Shown: piece by piece, positions 27,661-39,982 of the stretch
Numbering within the stretch: position 1 is the first letter of the stretch
Layout: each line of letters starts with the position of its first letter
Source of the DNA: Kudoa neothunni
Lineage: Eukaryota > Animalia > Cnidaria
Direction of reading: 5' to 3'
DNA length: 64,000 nucleotides
NCBI GenBank assembly: GCA_964304625.1
Contig: OZ199838.1
Location: 16,331,731 to 16,395,730, forward strand
Program-made: the position numbers and the translations under genes
The notes under the pieces: generated by a model
What the model saw: the letters and a program-made list of their open reading frames with translations, nothing else
Database searches by the model: none
Told to the model about the DNA's origin: nothing

Positions 27661-28600
27661 GATATAACTTATCTTGTGTTTGTGGGGGAATACGAATATT
27701 GGTATATATGTATACATAGATATAGGGTGCCGCTGACAGATTTTTCAGAATTATCACATTCGTAGTAGGTTATTAATTTGTTGTTTGTTCGAATCTCATC
27801 AACAAAGTGAAAATTGGCTCATGATAAAACAATTTTAATAATAATAATAAATAATAATAATATTAATATTAAAAGGCAAAGATTTATTTTTAGTGATTTT
27901 TCTATTAAAATTGAGATCTGATACATACGTGTGCCAAATATTCGTTTAATCTAATCATGATAAATTAATTATATTGGTTTATTTTGGATAGTTCAGGATT
28001 AGTTAATTTAATTGTTTATATTTTATTTTTAAATATTGAGACACTTCTATGTAGAAATAATTTTAGTATTATAATTTTATATTCGGTCAAATAAAAACCT
28101 ACTGAATTATTGCATTAGAACGTAATGAATTGAATGTGTTACTATGCTTTTCATCGTTATGGTTATTGATATAACATTATACAAATGTTCAAACAAAATC
28201 TAAAAATTTCACGTCGAAATTATTAAGTAAAATTATTAAAGATCATAGTTTTTAGTCATATCTTTTCGATCCGGATTAGATGATAATTGGTAATCTAATC
28301 AGTGCTAAGTTTTAGGGGGACAAATATCGTGTTGTTTTTTGTATTTGTAATAAGAAATCAAGTAGAAATTGAAAATCATAGAAAAATCACGCATAATAAT
28401 ATTGATTCAGAAAATCGTCAGATAATAAGAGGAACGGAAATTTAACGAATGATTCAACAATCATGATTGTTGTTCTCGTCGTTTCAATTATAGTTTTAAT
28501 ATTCATTGGATTGGTTCTATACGTATTGGTGAAGGAGAAGAAGATAAATTTATGTTCAAAAAATAAATCAAAAGGAAGAACTTCCAAGAATGTCTTCTAA
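27661..28600 (+). pseudogene. Fifth, inactivated paralog of the orphan membrane-protein family (3' half; degraded 5' part probably left of the hAT, ~25480-25703)
   Basis: DRFFRIITFVVGY*FVVCSNLINK matches D DRFFKPINIIEAYNFVSCFNL; IFSDFSIKIEI*YIR matches ISSEFPKKNGTRYF; N*MCYYA matches RMYYYA. Intact-looking TM exon IMIVVLVVSIIVLIFIGLVLYVLVKEKK..NVF*. Confidence 0.8.
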
Positions 28601-29776
28601 TTAACTATTTTTTTAATTCGCATTCATCTCATATTTTATTATTATATTGATACATTCTGTAATTTTTTGAATACATTTTCATGTTTAATTATTATTGTAT
28701 ATTGTATTAGATTTTTTGAATATGCTGACAATTTTTATGTAAATTATTTATGAATAACTCTCCCTAAACGAATTTTTTCTGTAACCTGTCTGAATGAGGA
28801 GTCAATAATTCTTCTGTGATAATTTGTACATTTCAAATTTCTTATAAAATAAAATATTTAGAAAAAAATTATTAAGCCTCATAATTATGTTATAATTGTT
28901 TTCAACATTTTTATATTAAATAAAAAATTTTGTTGAATATGTTTAGCTTTATACTGTAAAATATTTACACACTTTTATAAAACAATATAGCTATCAACTT
29001 TAATCTATAGTCATTAAATATATAATTTAATAAAAAGAGATCAAAAGTTTTTTGAATATTTAATTCATGTGGCATATAATCTTGTAAATATTTGGATTAT
29101 GGTGATTTGACAATAGAAAATTCTAAAAATGTTAATAATGTACAAAGTAAATACGTTAATAAACAATAAACAATATCAAAAAATTGTTCAATACTTCAAA
29201 ACAAATTAAACGTTGAAATATTCGGAAATCACTCATTGTTTCATTCCATAAAAATATTTAAGAGGTTTAATACTATAGTTAAGATATTACGGTTGTATTT
29301 CTATTTTAAATCTTTCAATATTTTAATAGTTTTTGAAAAATAAAATGAGACTTTTAACATATGTTTTTGACTATATATATTGTTAAAATTACTTTTTTTT
29401 AATTTAATTATAAACAATCAATTTTTATATCTTGAATGCGATAATGAAAATCTATTGATAATTAAATTTCTGATAATCTTAAATTTTATATAAGAACTAT
29501 TTTTATTTTTTCGAAATGATTATGAGCAATAAATAATTAAAAAATTCAATGTTGGGACGAAAAAATTTGGAAGAGGATATTTACTTTAAATACACCGGCT
29601 AATAATTCAATTAATCTTAAGATAAATATGAATTTGGTTTCCAAGTTAAGGGTGTAAATTTAAAAACCCCTTGAGAACCCCTGGAAATTAATGACTTAAA
29701 ATATCAAATAATGTTTTGTGATCGAAAAATTTCTATCCTAAATACTACTTATAAACTATAGTTAACGAAAATTAAT

Positions 29777-32760
29777 TTAATCTCTTTTCTTCTTCAATAC
29801 CACGATGCCAACTATTGCAATAACCACAACCACAGCAACGCATGCAATAATGATTCTATAAAAAGGTTAGTTCAAATATCAATATTTAAAAATGTTTACA
29901 TAAGTTTAGTTTTATCCCTAAAAAATATTAAATTGGATAAAAGCATATTATTAAGCTCACCCTGAACTACTCTTTGCTCCTACGATGTATAACATTAAAT
30001 TAAATTACGAACAAATAATATACCTTGTTGTATGTCAGCACCGCCAAAAATTGTATTATCTTCAGCACTGTAAACAGTCAAATAATAGTTATTCCCATCA
30101 GGTAAATTATTTATTTTGAATTCTTTACAGGTCACGAAAGCAGCACATCTGTCCACGTTTCTTCTCATGCAAGATTTTACTACCGCATTAGACTTGACAC
30201 TACTGTTACGTAACTCCCATTTGCATTTTGATTTATCGTTCATAGTGGCTGGAAGTGTTGTGGTTACAATGAAACTGTTCCCATCACGTGTAATGACGAC
30301 TGATATCAATTTTGAGGAGTCAGTTGGGTTTACTTGTGGTGCACCTAATATAAGTTTCGTTTAAACATTTCTTAATAGAGACATTAATTGTAATACTTGA
30401 TTCTATTATATGTTCTTTTTCTGAAGATTTTCCGATAGCTGTGACTAAAATTTTGTATGTATTTGCTGCTTCATACTCGGGAAATGTTATGGAACTGCAA
30501 AGGGGATTTGAAGAACATATGTTAATGCTGTTCGCGGCACCATCACGTTGTGTATCTGAATTATCTGAAATTGACGATTACGCCGTTGGCATTGGACCAC
30601 CATCTGCTACCATTGGCACAGCAATTCTAGCTATGTTGAGATCTGCGGAACTTAAACTGGAAGTAGGAGCTGAAGCGGGCGTTGGTACCACTGGGGCGGT
30701 GACAGGTGTCGTTACTTTCGGCACCACCGGACATGTGTAATAGTCTGTGTAATCGTTACCAGTCTTCTTTTGTACGACATAACTGCATGTTGCAGTTGGA
30801 TCCACGGAATTTAATCGTGCCTTCAATGACAAACCATCCAACGTGATCTTGTGTGTTATCGTTAATGTTGTTAATACTATTAAAAATTTAAAGAGTAAAT
30901 TATAACTTCAATAACCTGTTTGTATATTTGGGTAATCTTTTATGCCGTAATCCTTATGTGCGATCACTCTGATGTCATAAGGTGTGTTTGGCTCAAGATC
31001 TTCTATCGTAACTTGTTCACTGCAAATTTCTCTACACGGGATGTTGCCATTGCACTTCGCGTGGAAAAAGCTATCTAATCCAGTTGGACTTACTAAATAC
31101 TCACATGAAGGTTCATCTTTCTTATCTTGAGGTAGAGTTCCGTCAATAGTTGTAAGAGAGATTGTCGTGTCTGTCTTTGTTGGTGCGGTAGTTGTAAATA
31201 ATTTACTTGCTCCATGTTCTTTAAAAGTCATTATTTTTTATAATAAATATATTAAAATTTACCCGTTCTTATGAATATCTGTTCTTTAAAATCCGTTGGG
31301 ATATCAGTAGTAGGTTGAAATGTGATTTCAATCATGTAGGCTGTTCCTGCTGCAAGTCTTTGAATCACCAATTTTGTTGTGCAATCAGTTTTGCATTTAG
31401 TATCGCTGGAACTATTAGTGGAACTGTTAGTGTCGCATGTTGTCTCTGTTAGAGATCCTGGTGCGATTTTGTTTGCCAAATAATGTTTAAGAGTACATGA
31501 AGTAAATTGTGGAGTTGTTCCTTCTCTAAATGGGGCAACATCAAAGGAAACACCATCATTAGTATAAATAGAAAGCAATCCACCGGCTGGTTCAGTAATT
31601 GCTATAGAAAATAATCAAAAATGCGTGTTAATATTCGAAGTACCAAATTTAGTTTGTTTGTAACCATCTAAACTACCTCCAGTAGCTTCTATGTCATGAT
31701 GTCTAGTTTGAATCAAAATATTGTAGAATTTTTGACCCCTAACGCCGTTGAGCTCGACGTACTTACAGGGAGCATAACATTTTTTATCATTAACACCACA
31801 AACGGACGTATATGATTGACCCTCTGTTCCAGTTAAGCCATTTTTAAGACTGAATAGACATATTTCAGATGATAGGGAATTGGTGAATTTAATTCCGACT
31901 TTATCTTCAGTTTTGGCAATAATATAGAACTGGGGCTTATAAATATCGATGTTTTTCTTCATATATTGATTGGGCATATTGTAAAAGAAACCGGGATATT
32001 TTTCGCATCTTACTTCGTAATGAGGTATCAATAAATCAAAATCTACTTTGTTTGCTGAAGTATCAGTAATACAATCTTGCCCTTTGGTGCCATCTACATA
32101 TTTAATATTCTTATAATAAATTGGGCAATCTACACGTGCACATGTTTTCGTTGCGAATTTCAACTTTTTGTCGTCAGTGTCTGTAGACACGGTAATTTGT
32201 GGATTAGCCAACAACGCTAAATTCAATTTATTTTCATGTTAAATTAAATTGACTTACGTATTGAATATCCGAATACTTTTGATCCTGCTCCATTAACTGC
32301 CTCTTTAACATTAGTTACGCTAGTGCCGACGAAGACATATATGTATTTAGTTCTTGGTGACAGCTTTTTGTAATCAATAGTATTCGTAGTGATTTCACAG
32401 CTGACAACACATTTACAATTCCCAGCCTCGCTAATATTAGCAGTGCAAGCTTCGATGTCTACAAACGCATTTGCTGTTGTACTAGTAGTATCTGCAATTT
32501 CTGCTTCTTTAGATCTCATTAAACGACACTTTCTGCCAGTTACGTAATCAGAGCCTTCAAGACTGAGTTTAATTTTATTATCACCAGTTGATTCCTTCAC
32601 AATCTGATATTTCAACGTTTTCGTTGGAGCTGTAGCTTGAGAACCTGAACTTCCATCAGCATTGGATATACCTGATATTAAGACACCTAAACTTACATTA
32701 TTATTAAAATTAACCCAGAAAGATACCTAAAACAAGGTAGAGGAATCCAGATATTTTCAT
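29777..32760 (-). CDS. Type-I membrane protein with ~7 divergent cysteine-rich FN3-like modules (in-frame TAA at 30578-30580)
   Basis: MKISGFLYLVLGIFLGVLISG signal peptide. Module exons are joined by phase-1 introns and end in FN3 E/F-strand motifs (LSPRTKY, LAAGTAYMI, IEDLEPNTPYDIRV, INNLPDGNNYYLTV). Microexons at 29961-29979 and 29900-29917; TM IIIIACVAVVVVIAIVGIVVL followed by KKKRD*. Confidence 0.8.
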
Positions 32761-33594
32761 AATTGACAATTAAATGACCAACCAATTGTTGGTTCGGAAT
32801 ACAATTGACCCGAATTTAACTCATTTATAGATATAATAATTCATTCATTGTCAGATAGCGAAACCTAGACTAGATAATAATTATTCAAGTTATTAAAAAA
32901 TTAATCCCAACCAATTTTTTACAACCTAGCTCATATCGATGTGGTAAATTATAATTTTTAATTGGATCAAAATTTTTCCCAATACATTTTTTTAGGGAAA
33001 TATCGAAATAAAATGTTAAACTCTAGCAAAAAAATGGTAATACTATTTATTATTGGGAGTATTTATTGTTCCAATCATTTATTAAATGAATCAGTTCCTC
33101 TAGACATCAAAATTTTATGTCTTACGGAATACAGGTCCATACTGTTTATTATACCAATGCGGAAGGATTCCGAAAATGGTTAACTATTTAATTTTTTATT
33201 GTGACCCGAATGACATCAATAATATTTCAAATCTTTCTGAAATAATTACTTTAACCTTCCTGGGACCATGCGAGGTCATTCTTGAACCTTTTTTTTGTAA
33301 ATGTTTGTTTTTACCTACTTAAACTTTTCATTTTAATTTTTCAGTGTATGAAATATTAGATTAATGTGTATTGTTTAGAAATACAAAATTTCAGAGAAAT
33401 TATAGTATTCTACCGCCTAAAAATTCTATTTAATGTTACGTAGCATTGATATTTGTTATTTCACATTATTTTATACTGTTGTATTAAGTGTATTTAATTT
33501 CTATGATAAGAACAATGATCATTGCAATATATATTGTCACGACAAAAATGAGAAATATTGTAATTTGTAACCATTATTGCTATCTATCTACCTA

Positions 33595-35437
33595 CGCTAA
33601 GGTCTCGATATAACGTGTTTTCCCATTTTTCATTAATATTTATTCCTGAAAATTCAAGAAAATCGATAAAACTACATCTTAAACTGTAATTAGTCTCATA
33701 TAAGCCATTAATTTCATTAAACAGTTAAGATCGTCAAGAATAGTGGGTCTCGTTATTGCGTGGCGTTTTTCCAGGAAATAATCCGCTTAATTCGCCAGAA
33801 AACTCAAATGGGTAGGTGTCAACCATATGCAAATGAAAGAAATAAAAATTATCCAATGTTACAAGTCTACTTAATTAATACAACTAGTAGAATCTAAGAC
33901 TTCTAAGGGTTTAATTTTCCAAGTAGCTAATATCGCCCGATTCATATTGAGTCCAAATAGTTTATTCATCTCTCGATGGGATCTTTTCACTGATTGCATA
34001 AGAATTCATGTATGGAAAATATAGCGAGCTAGAAAGCTGCCTTTACAATTAGGTTGTGACCCAGCCAGAGAAGAAGAAAAATATTTCTGAATTTTTAATT
34101 AACAAATAAACTGAAAACAGTAGCCACAAACCTAAAAATTAATGATGTATATTTCAGTAAAGATTTGTTTTTAAATTTCAAGATTAATTACCGTTTGGGA
34201 AACATTATATTGCATGTAGAGGTTGGAATTGCCGATACAAATAACGTATATGAATAGATCTAAAAGGTTTCTGAAGCTTTTTTAGACGCGAAAACTTGTA
34301 GAAATTATTAATTTGGACAAGACTGCTCTCATTTACGAACAGTTGTGACAGTGAACATATACCATTAAAAAATGAAATCGAGTTGAAAGCGATGAGGTTC
34401 CCGAAAATGAGAGTCACCATCTTGGTAATTGCTCGTTCAACAACGACAAATTCCTTCCATAGGTCATAGGAAAATTGAAAACGTCACCTTATTTTGGCGG
34501 TATCAATAACTTCCCAGTAAAATACATATTCCAAAAAACGGCCAGATGTCAGCAGCTTTATTCTTTTAAATTCTTCGAAGCATTGATAAATAGTTTAACG
34601 AATAAACAAAGTTTTTCTTATTCTTGATCAATGTAAATCTCATCCTCAATTAATAAATCAATGTAATTATATCGAAATGAACTTTCTTCCAAAGAATGTT
34701 AGTGTAACCAAATCAACAGATTTTGAGATCATCCATTATTTGAAGTTTAACTGTAGAAAATCATTCGTTAGTCGGTTTATTTTTCAATGATTCTACGAAA
34801 ATTTTCAAATATACTATCTTGGAGTGTCTTCGTATTTTGTAGGCAGCGTGGGAAATGGTGACGAGCTCATCCTCAGCTTTTGAAATGTTTTCGCGAAATA
34901 TCCCATATTCAGAAATAGTACGATTAATTTAAGGGAATATTTTTAAACATAAATAAAGGCAAATTTAAAGTAAATATTAGTCGTACCAAGAAAGCAATAA
35001 TTGATGGTATCGAATACAATTGGTGCATTTTTAATCTATTGCTATAAAACAACGCGAATGAGGTTTCTGAATTGAAGCATGTCAAAGTTATACATGAAGA
35101 AACGTATAGTAAACCTGATACAAATGTCTCATGATCAACAAAATGCAAAGATGATCCCGTTCTTTATTAGTAAAATAAAAAAAATTACGATATCTGACTT
35201 AAAACATTCATAAATACTATAGGATAATCATTTATATTTGAAAATCCATCTTCATCATTCCATAACCATCCTGTATGGATTCCCTATATAAAATTATACG
35301 GCCTGGAACTAAGTTAACAAAAAATCGATTATTTCTTCAATGAAAAAAAAATAATAATGCACATGATCAACCCTCGATTTTTCGTGGTAAATTGTTAGTC
35401 CCAAAAAACCTCGCTATATCGTATCGAGACCCCACTG
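33595..35437 (-). mobile_element. Decayed TIR element with CAGT..GGTCTCGATATA.CG ends (pogo/Tigger-like) and piggyBac-like internal fragments
   Basis: Inverted ends TA|C..TAAGGTCTCGATATAACG and rc of GAGACCCCACTG|TA. Internal minus-strand fragments ADIWPFFGICILLG, YDLWK and FYKFSRLKKLQKPF. Confidence 0.55.
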
Positions 35438-35439
35438 TA

Positions 35440-36216
35440 CCCTATTATATAAAGTAGTAGTGTCCGTGTGTGTGCACTAATCTTCTCCTCATACAGAGAC
35501 TTTCTTTAATATTTGAATTTCTGAGTATATTTTAAAAAATCTAAAATTAACTACAAAAATACAACAAAGTTGTCTACTTTCTTATAAGGTGATGAATTTG
35601 TAGTGTAAACTTTTCGTAAACAGATTAGCGCCAATAATAATAAGATTACTTTATCATGTGATTCGTTATAATGTTCAGTGATATGCGTGTATATCTTTAA
35701 TTTATATTATTTAAATACAACTGAAACTTTGAAAGTTTACTCTTTTCTACTTTTGAACGTACTTAAGACGAATTACAACATTCGTTCGTGCGTAGGCGTG
35801 GTTTCGGTGTAAACGAAGATTAATACACGTGAATAAATTATTTACTTTGCATGTTTTATTGAAGATAAAAAGTTTTAAATATTTTTTAAATAAACATAAA
35901 ATAATTTAAGACGTTAAAATAAAATGAGAAATTGTTAACAACCTTTTAGATTAGTTAGTTCATCGACGAGTTGATTAAAGCGATTAATACGCCACACGAG
36001 TTGTAAGAACTTATGATTTATAAACGTAAATAAAGTCCAATAATGAAGAAAGTAAAGATGATCGGTTATTTCTGTTTATTCCGATCAACACTGTCGTCAA
36101 AAGAATGATAAAATAATTATAATCGACTTTGAACTTTAAATGACCTTGGCCTACTCAAGGCTTTAGTCTGTGTGACCAGGCACGGAAACCCACGCGAAAC
36201 GGGGTTTTTGTGCTAA
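35440..36216 (+). mobile_element. Non-autonomous Helitron-like element
   Basis: 5' CTATTATATAAAGTAGTAGTGTCCGTGTGTGTG; 3' hairpin CCC..CGAAACG..GGG followed by CTAA and T. Confidence 0.55.
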
Positions 36217-36240
36217 TATATATATATATATATATATATA

Positions 36241-37473
36241 CAGTCGATGACGGGTCGTTCGTAACTTTTGGTAAGCATAGAATCGGCTAATAAGCAGTTT
36301 AATTAATTTTTTCCAAAATATTATGTAATTTTGGTATTTTTAATGTTTTTTATAATAATTGAATGCATCTCATCTTCGATATCTGTAATACATTTGTATT
36401 TATTTGTAACATGCTCGATAAGGTATTTCTTAATTTCGCCTAAATAATACGGAGCAATTTTAGAATTTATTATTTTTATTTCTTCAATTTCTAATTCATC
36501 AATATTCTCTTTGGTTTCATTTCCGATGACATCGTCTGGATATTCACAAATTCTTAAGACATTCTCATGTTTATCGGAAAGATTGTCATTTCTGATGGCC
36601 ACGACACGACTTTCGATATTATTTCATTTATCTCTTTAAAAAGTATGTATTCCAAATTTCAATCATCGTTTTTATCTAAATTATCAGTAATAACAGAAAT
36701 ATTTTTTTACGATTAGATTTCGTCATAATAAAACAATTATAAATAGTTGATTTAGTCATCGAATCCCGAAAATCAGCAATCAAAAAAATGCAATAAGAAT
36801 ATTAAAAAATACAGGTTCTGTCGAAGCTTCGATGTTAGATTAGAAATGTGGCGTTTTATCGTATATACTTTATAGTGGAATTTAAACGAGTATATTATGC
36901 ACTGATCTAGTGGTCGGAGAGCACTCGGAGTGTATTAGGGAAGAAAAATTAGTTGAATATTCCAATTTTACATGACAGCTGACTTTGTCTAAAAACAAAA
37001 AATCAATACTCTATTGATTTTTAAGTGTGTCGTATTTTCTTAGACAAAACTGCGCTTAAATGCGAGAATTATATCCTTTTTATTTAAAACAAAACAATGT
37101 GGATAAGGATGATGCATTAAAATGTTTGGTAGTTCATGATTTTAACTCCGCTTTGACTGACTATCAAAATAATTGATTATTTTTTATTTTTTAGAAAAAC
37201 ATCCAACATCGTTTTGTATTTTATCTTCAATCAATATTTTATACAAAAAAATCTGGGCGTTTGTTCACCCGGAAAGTTATGAACCATACGTCAATCTATA
37301 AAAATAAGGGAAACACACCAAAATTTAATTATTAATTATTAGACATCTAATATTTTTCCGCTTAATGTGTTTACTCTAATGTGTATTTTGAGTTAAAATT
37401 TAATAATTAATTTTCTTTATAATTTCTATTATTTACATATTTTCGAATGTTACGAACCACCCGTCATCGAATG
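36241..37473. mobile_element. Non-autonomous Tc1/mariner-superfamily element
   Basis: 25-bp TIRs CAGTCGATGACGGGTCGTTCGTAAC / rc CATTCGATGACGGGTGGTTCGTAAC (2 mismatches), TA on both sides. Internal acidic ORF 36321..36602 resembles a transposase C-terminal remnant. Confidence 0.85.
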
Positions 37474-38147
37474 TATAACTAGTACAAAAAGGTTTTATAT
37501 TCGAAGACATAATTTGTAAGTAGTGTTTGAACTTATATAACACCTAATTAATTCCTATCTTCAGACCATAACGTTAATATTCAAATCAATCGCAAATTTT
37601 TACTGGTCGAAAAAATTCACTCATCCTGTTTCATGATATCCAATGAAGATCCCCATAAGATATCCAATACATACTGATACAACATAACGTTTGAAGGTCC
37701 CCATTTCTGATGAACATCAATAATCCCATTAAAAAGGTCGTATTTAAAGTTTAAAATTTTCTTTTTAAACTTTCTTACTAACAAAAAAAAATTCACTCAC
37801 CGCTTAAACGAAATTCATCCTCAAAAATGCTATCATTCACTACTCATTTCCTTAAAATATCTGTCAACAACGTTAGTTATCGCTCATTTGTAATTTTAAA
37901 AATGTATGAATTTTTTAGTATGTACAGATTTTGGTCCTTTTTGTTGACACCAAATCTCAAACTCCTTCGTTGCAAAATTCATACAACAAATATAATTTTG
38001 TTAAAAACACATTTTGACGTAGCTTAAATTTGTGGATGTCAAAACAGAAGAAAATGAGATACCTTTTGAACAACTTATCAAATTAAATTATTTTTTCAAT
38101 TTTCTATCGCGATAATTTATTTTCGGACATTTAATAAACTTTTCTTA

Positions 38148-38178
38148 CTGCCTGAGCAACGCCGGGTTTTATCGCTAG
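38148..38178 (+). mobile_element. Helitron-like 3' terminus
   Basis: CCTGAGCAACGCCGGG hairpin, 8 nt, CTAG, T; same GCAACG loop as 25345-25375. Confidence 0.55.
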
Positions 38179-39982
38179 TTATAATTATTTATGGGTAATA
38201 TTTTTTCAAAATCAACCCCTCTGATTTTTTTTACTTTTTATGTTACATTAATTTTATTTTTCGTTTAAATGACCATATTATTCAAGAGTTACTAATGCTA
38301 AACTCTTACATGATAATAACCTTGGCTTTATATTACATATTTTATGAATTTTAAGATTAAAATTATTATATTTTTGTATAGTTTCGTGGAAACTTTATAT
38401 ACCTTTTAAAAAAAGTAATATCAAACATCTGATATAATAAAATTTTTACAGAAAAGATATTTCATCGTAAATTTATAAATTAATAATATACAGTAATTTT
38501 GGATATTAACTAAAAAGCATAACAAATATATTTTTACTTTACAACCATTTATCTAAAAGGTTTTACAATTTAAGTTAAAAATAAATTTCGATTTTATAAC
38601 TAACTTTCCGAACCAGTTAAAAATTCTTCAACAATGACGCCTTAAAATAAGTTACAATAAGCTTGCATAAATTAATGATTATACTCTCCGAAGAATTTTG
38701 TATAACAAAAAAATGAATTTTAAAGAGTTTTTTTTTTGAAAGTTTATCAAAATTATTATTGCAATAAACACACTAATTCCGTTCCGATGCCGCTTAGCAT
38801 GTAAGCAGAGAGCGACAGACTTTTATAAAGATTCCGGTAGTTTCGCATTATTAGAAAAGGCGAAACCCTCACTTTCTATTATAAATATACTGTAGCAAAA
38901 TCAGGGAAACCACAATAACAGGCATCGAAATCAATAAACTAGTATCCTAATTATGATGTCGAATTGTAGCTTTTTAATAAACCCAAAAGCAAAAATAGAA
39001 ACTCAGATATAAAAAAATAATAAAATTTAATGCATAAAATAGAAAATAGCTGTTATAGATATATTTGAGCAATGAAATATATCTATAGAAATTTTAATCT
39101 GTCTAATCCAATTTAATTAATCACCGAGCGAAAGATGAACTATGAGAAATGATAAAAGGGCAAAATATGGTACACGCATGGATGATAGAAATTCACAAAA
39201 TACCAATGGTAACTTAAGTAATACACTCTTGAGTAGTTATAGCGAAAGGGTGCGGTATGACAAACAAACCCGTTAATCCGATTGCTAATCTTGTCTCAAA
39301 CAATGTCCACTTTATTTCAGAAAACAATTCTTATTATGTGTCAATAACAAACTTTCAATTTGATAAAAAATAATACAACATATGTGGACCAATTTAATTG
39401 AATTCAATCCATACAAAGTTCAAAACCAAAACCGAGGATTAAGAAAAGTAATCTCTTAGAAATGTCTGAAAGCGTTTTAAAACCTTATATCGCCAAAAAC
39501 ATTGCTTTCCCTGAAATATAAAATTTTTCTATCAGAAATATAAAAAAAGTTTCAACAACGGAAGTCATTAGAAAGTTACCTATAATCCCTTCCGCCATCA
39601 AACACAGATTACAGTGGAAAAAATATATTGTTGAGATTGATGAATAAAAATTTACAAATGAGATCAAATGAATCACATTAATTTTAAAAATATTTGAATC
39701 AATTATTAGTGTGAAAAACTATTGTTCAGTTAACTATAGAGTCGATTCAGGTTGTTTACACCTGAGAGCCAACTAGAAAATACTTTATTACGTGTTATAC
39801 CGCACCTAATAATCTGTTCAAAGCGTATATCTGTTGGTAATCTGAGAAGAAATTGTGTGTTTGTTTGTGAGATCACTGGAATACTCAACCCTTATATTAT
39901 AGTTGTGAGTTCCCTAGAGGTATCCAACAGTTGAAAGTGGTCATAACAACTAGCTTTAGTGAAAAGTCATCTTGCTAGTTCA

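Noticed and set aside
28387-28587. Minus-strand 66-aa ORF
   Set aside because: Shadow of the plus-strand TM exon of the pseudogene.
30578-30580. Stop-codon reassignment or selenocysteine explaining the in-frame stop
   Set aside because: The codon is TAA, not TGA. TAA and TAG terminate other genes here at conserved ends (RPL11, ATP6V1E), and no conserved gene has internal stops.
30116-30740. Plus-strand ORFs 30116..30364 and 30441..30740 (likewise 41424..41693, 48415..48756, 56082..56858, 61279..61944, 62336..62560)
   Set aside because: Antisense shadows of well-supported exons on the other strand.
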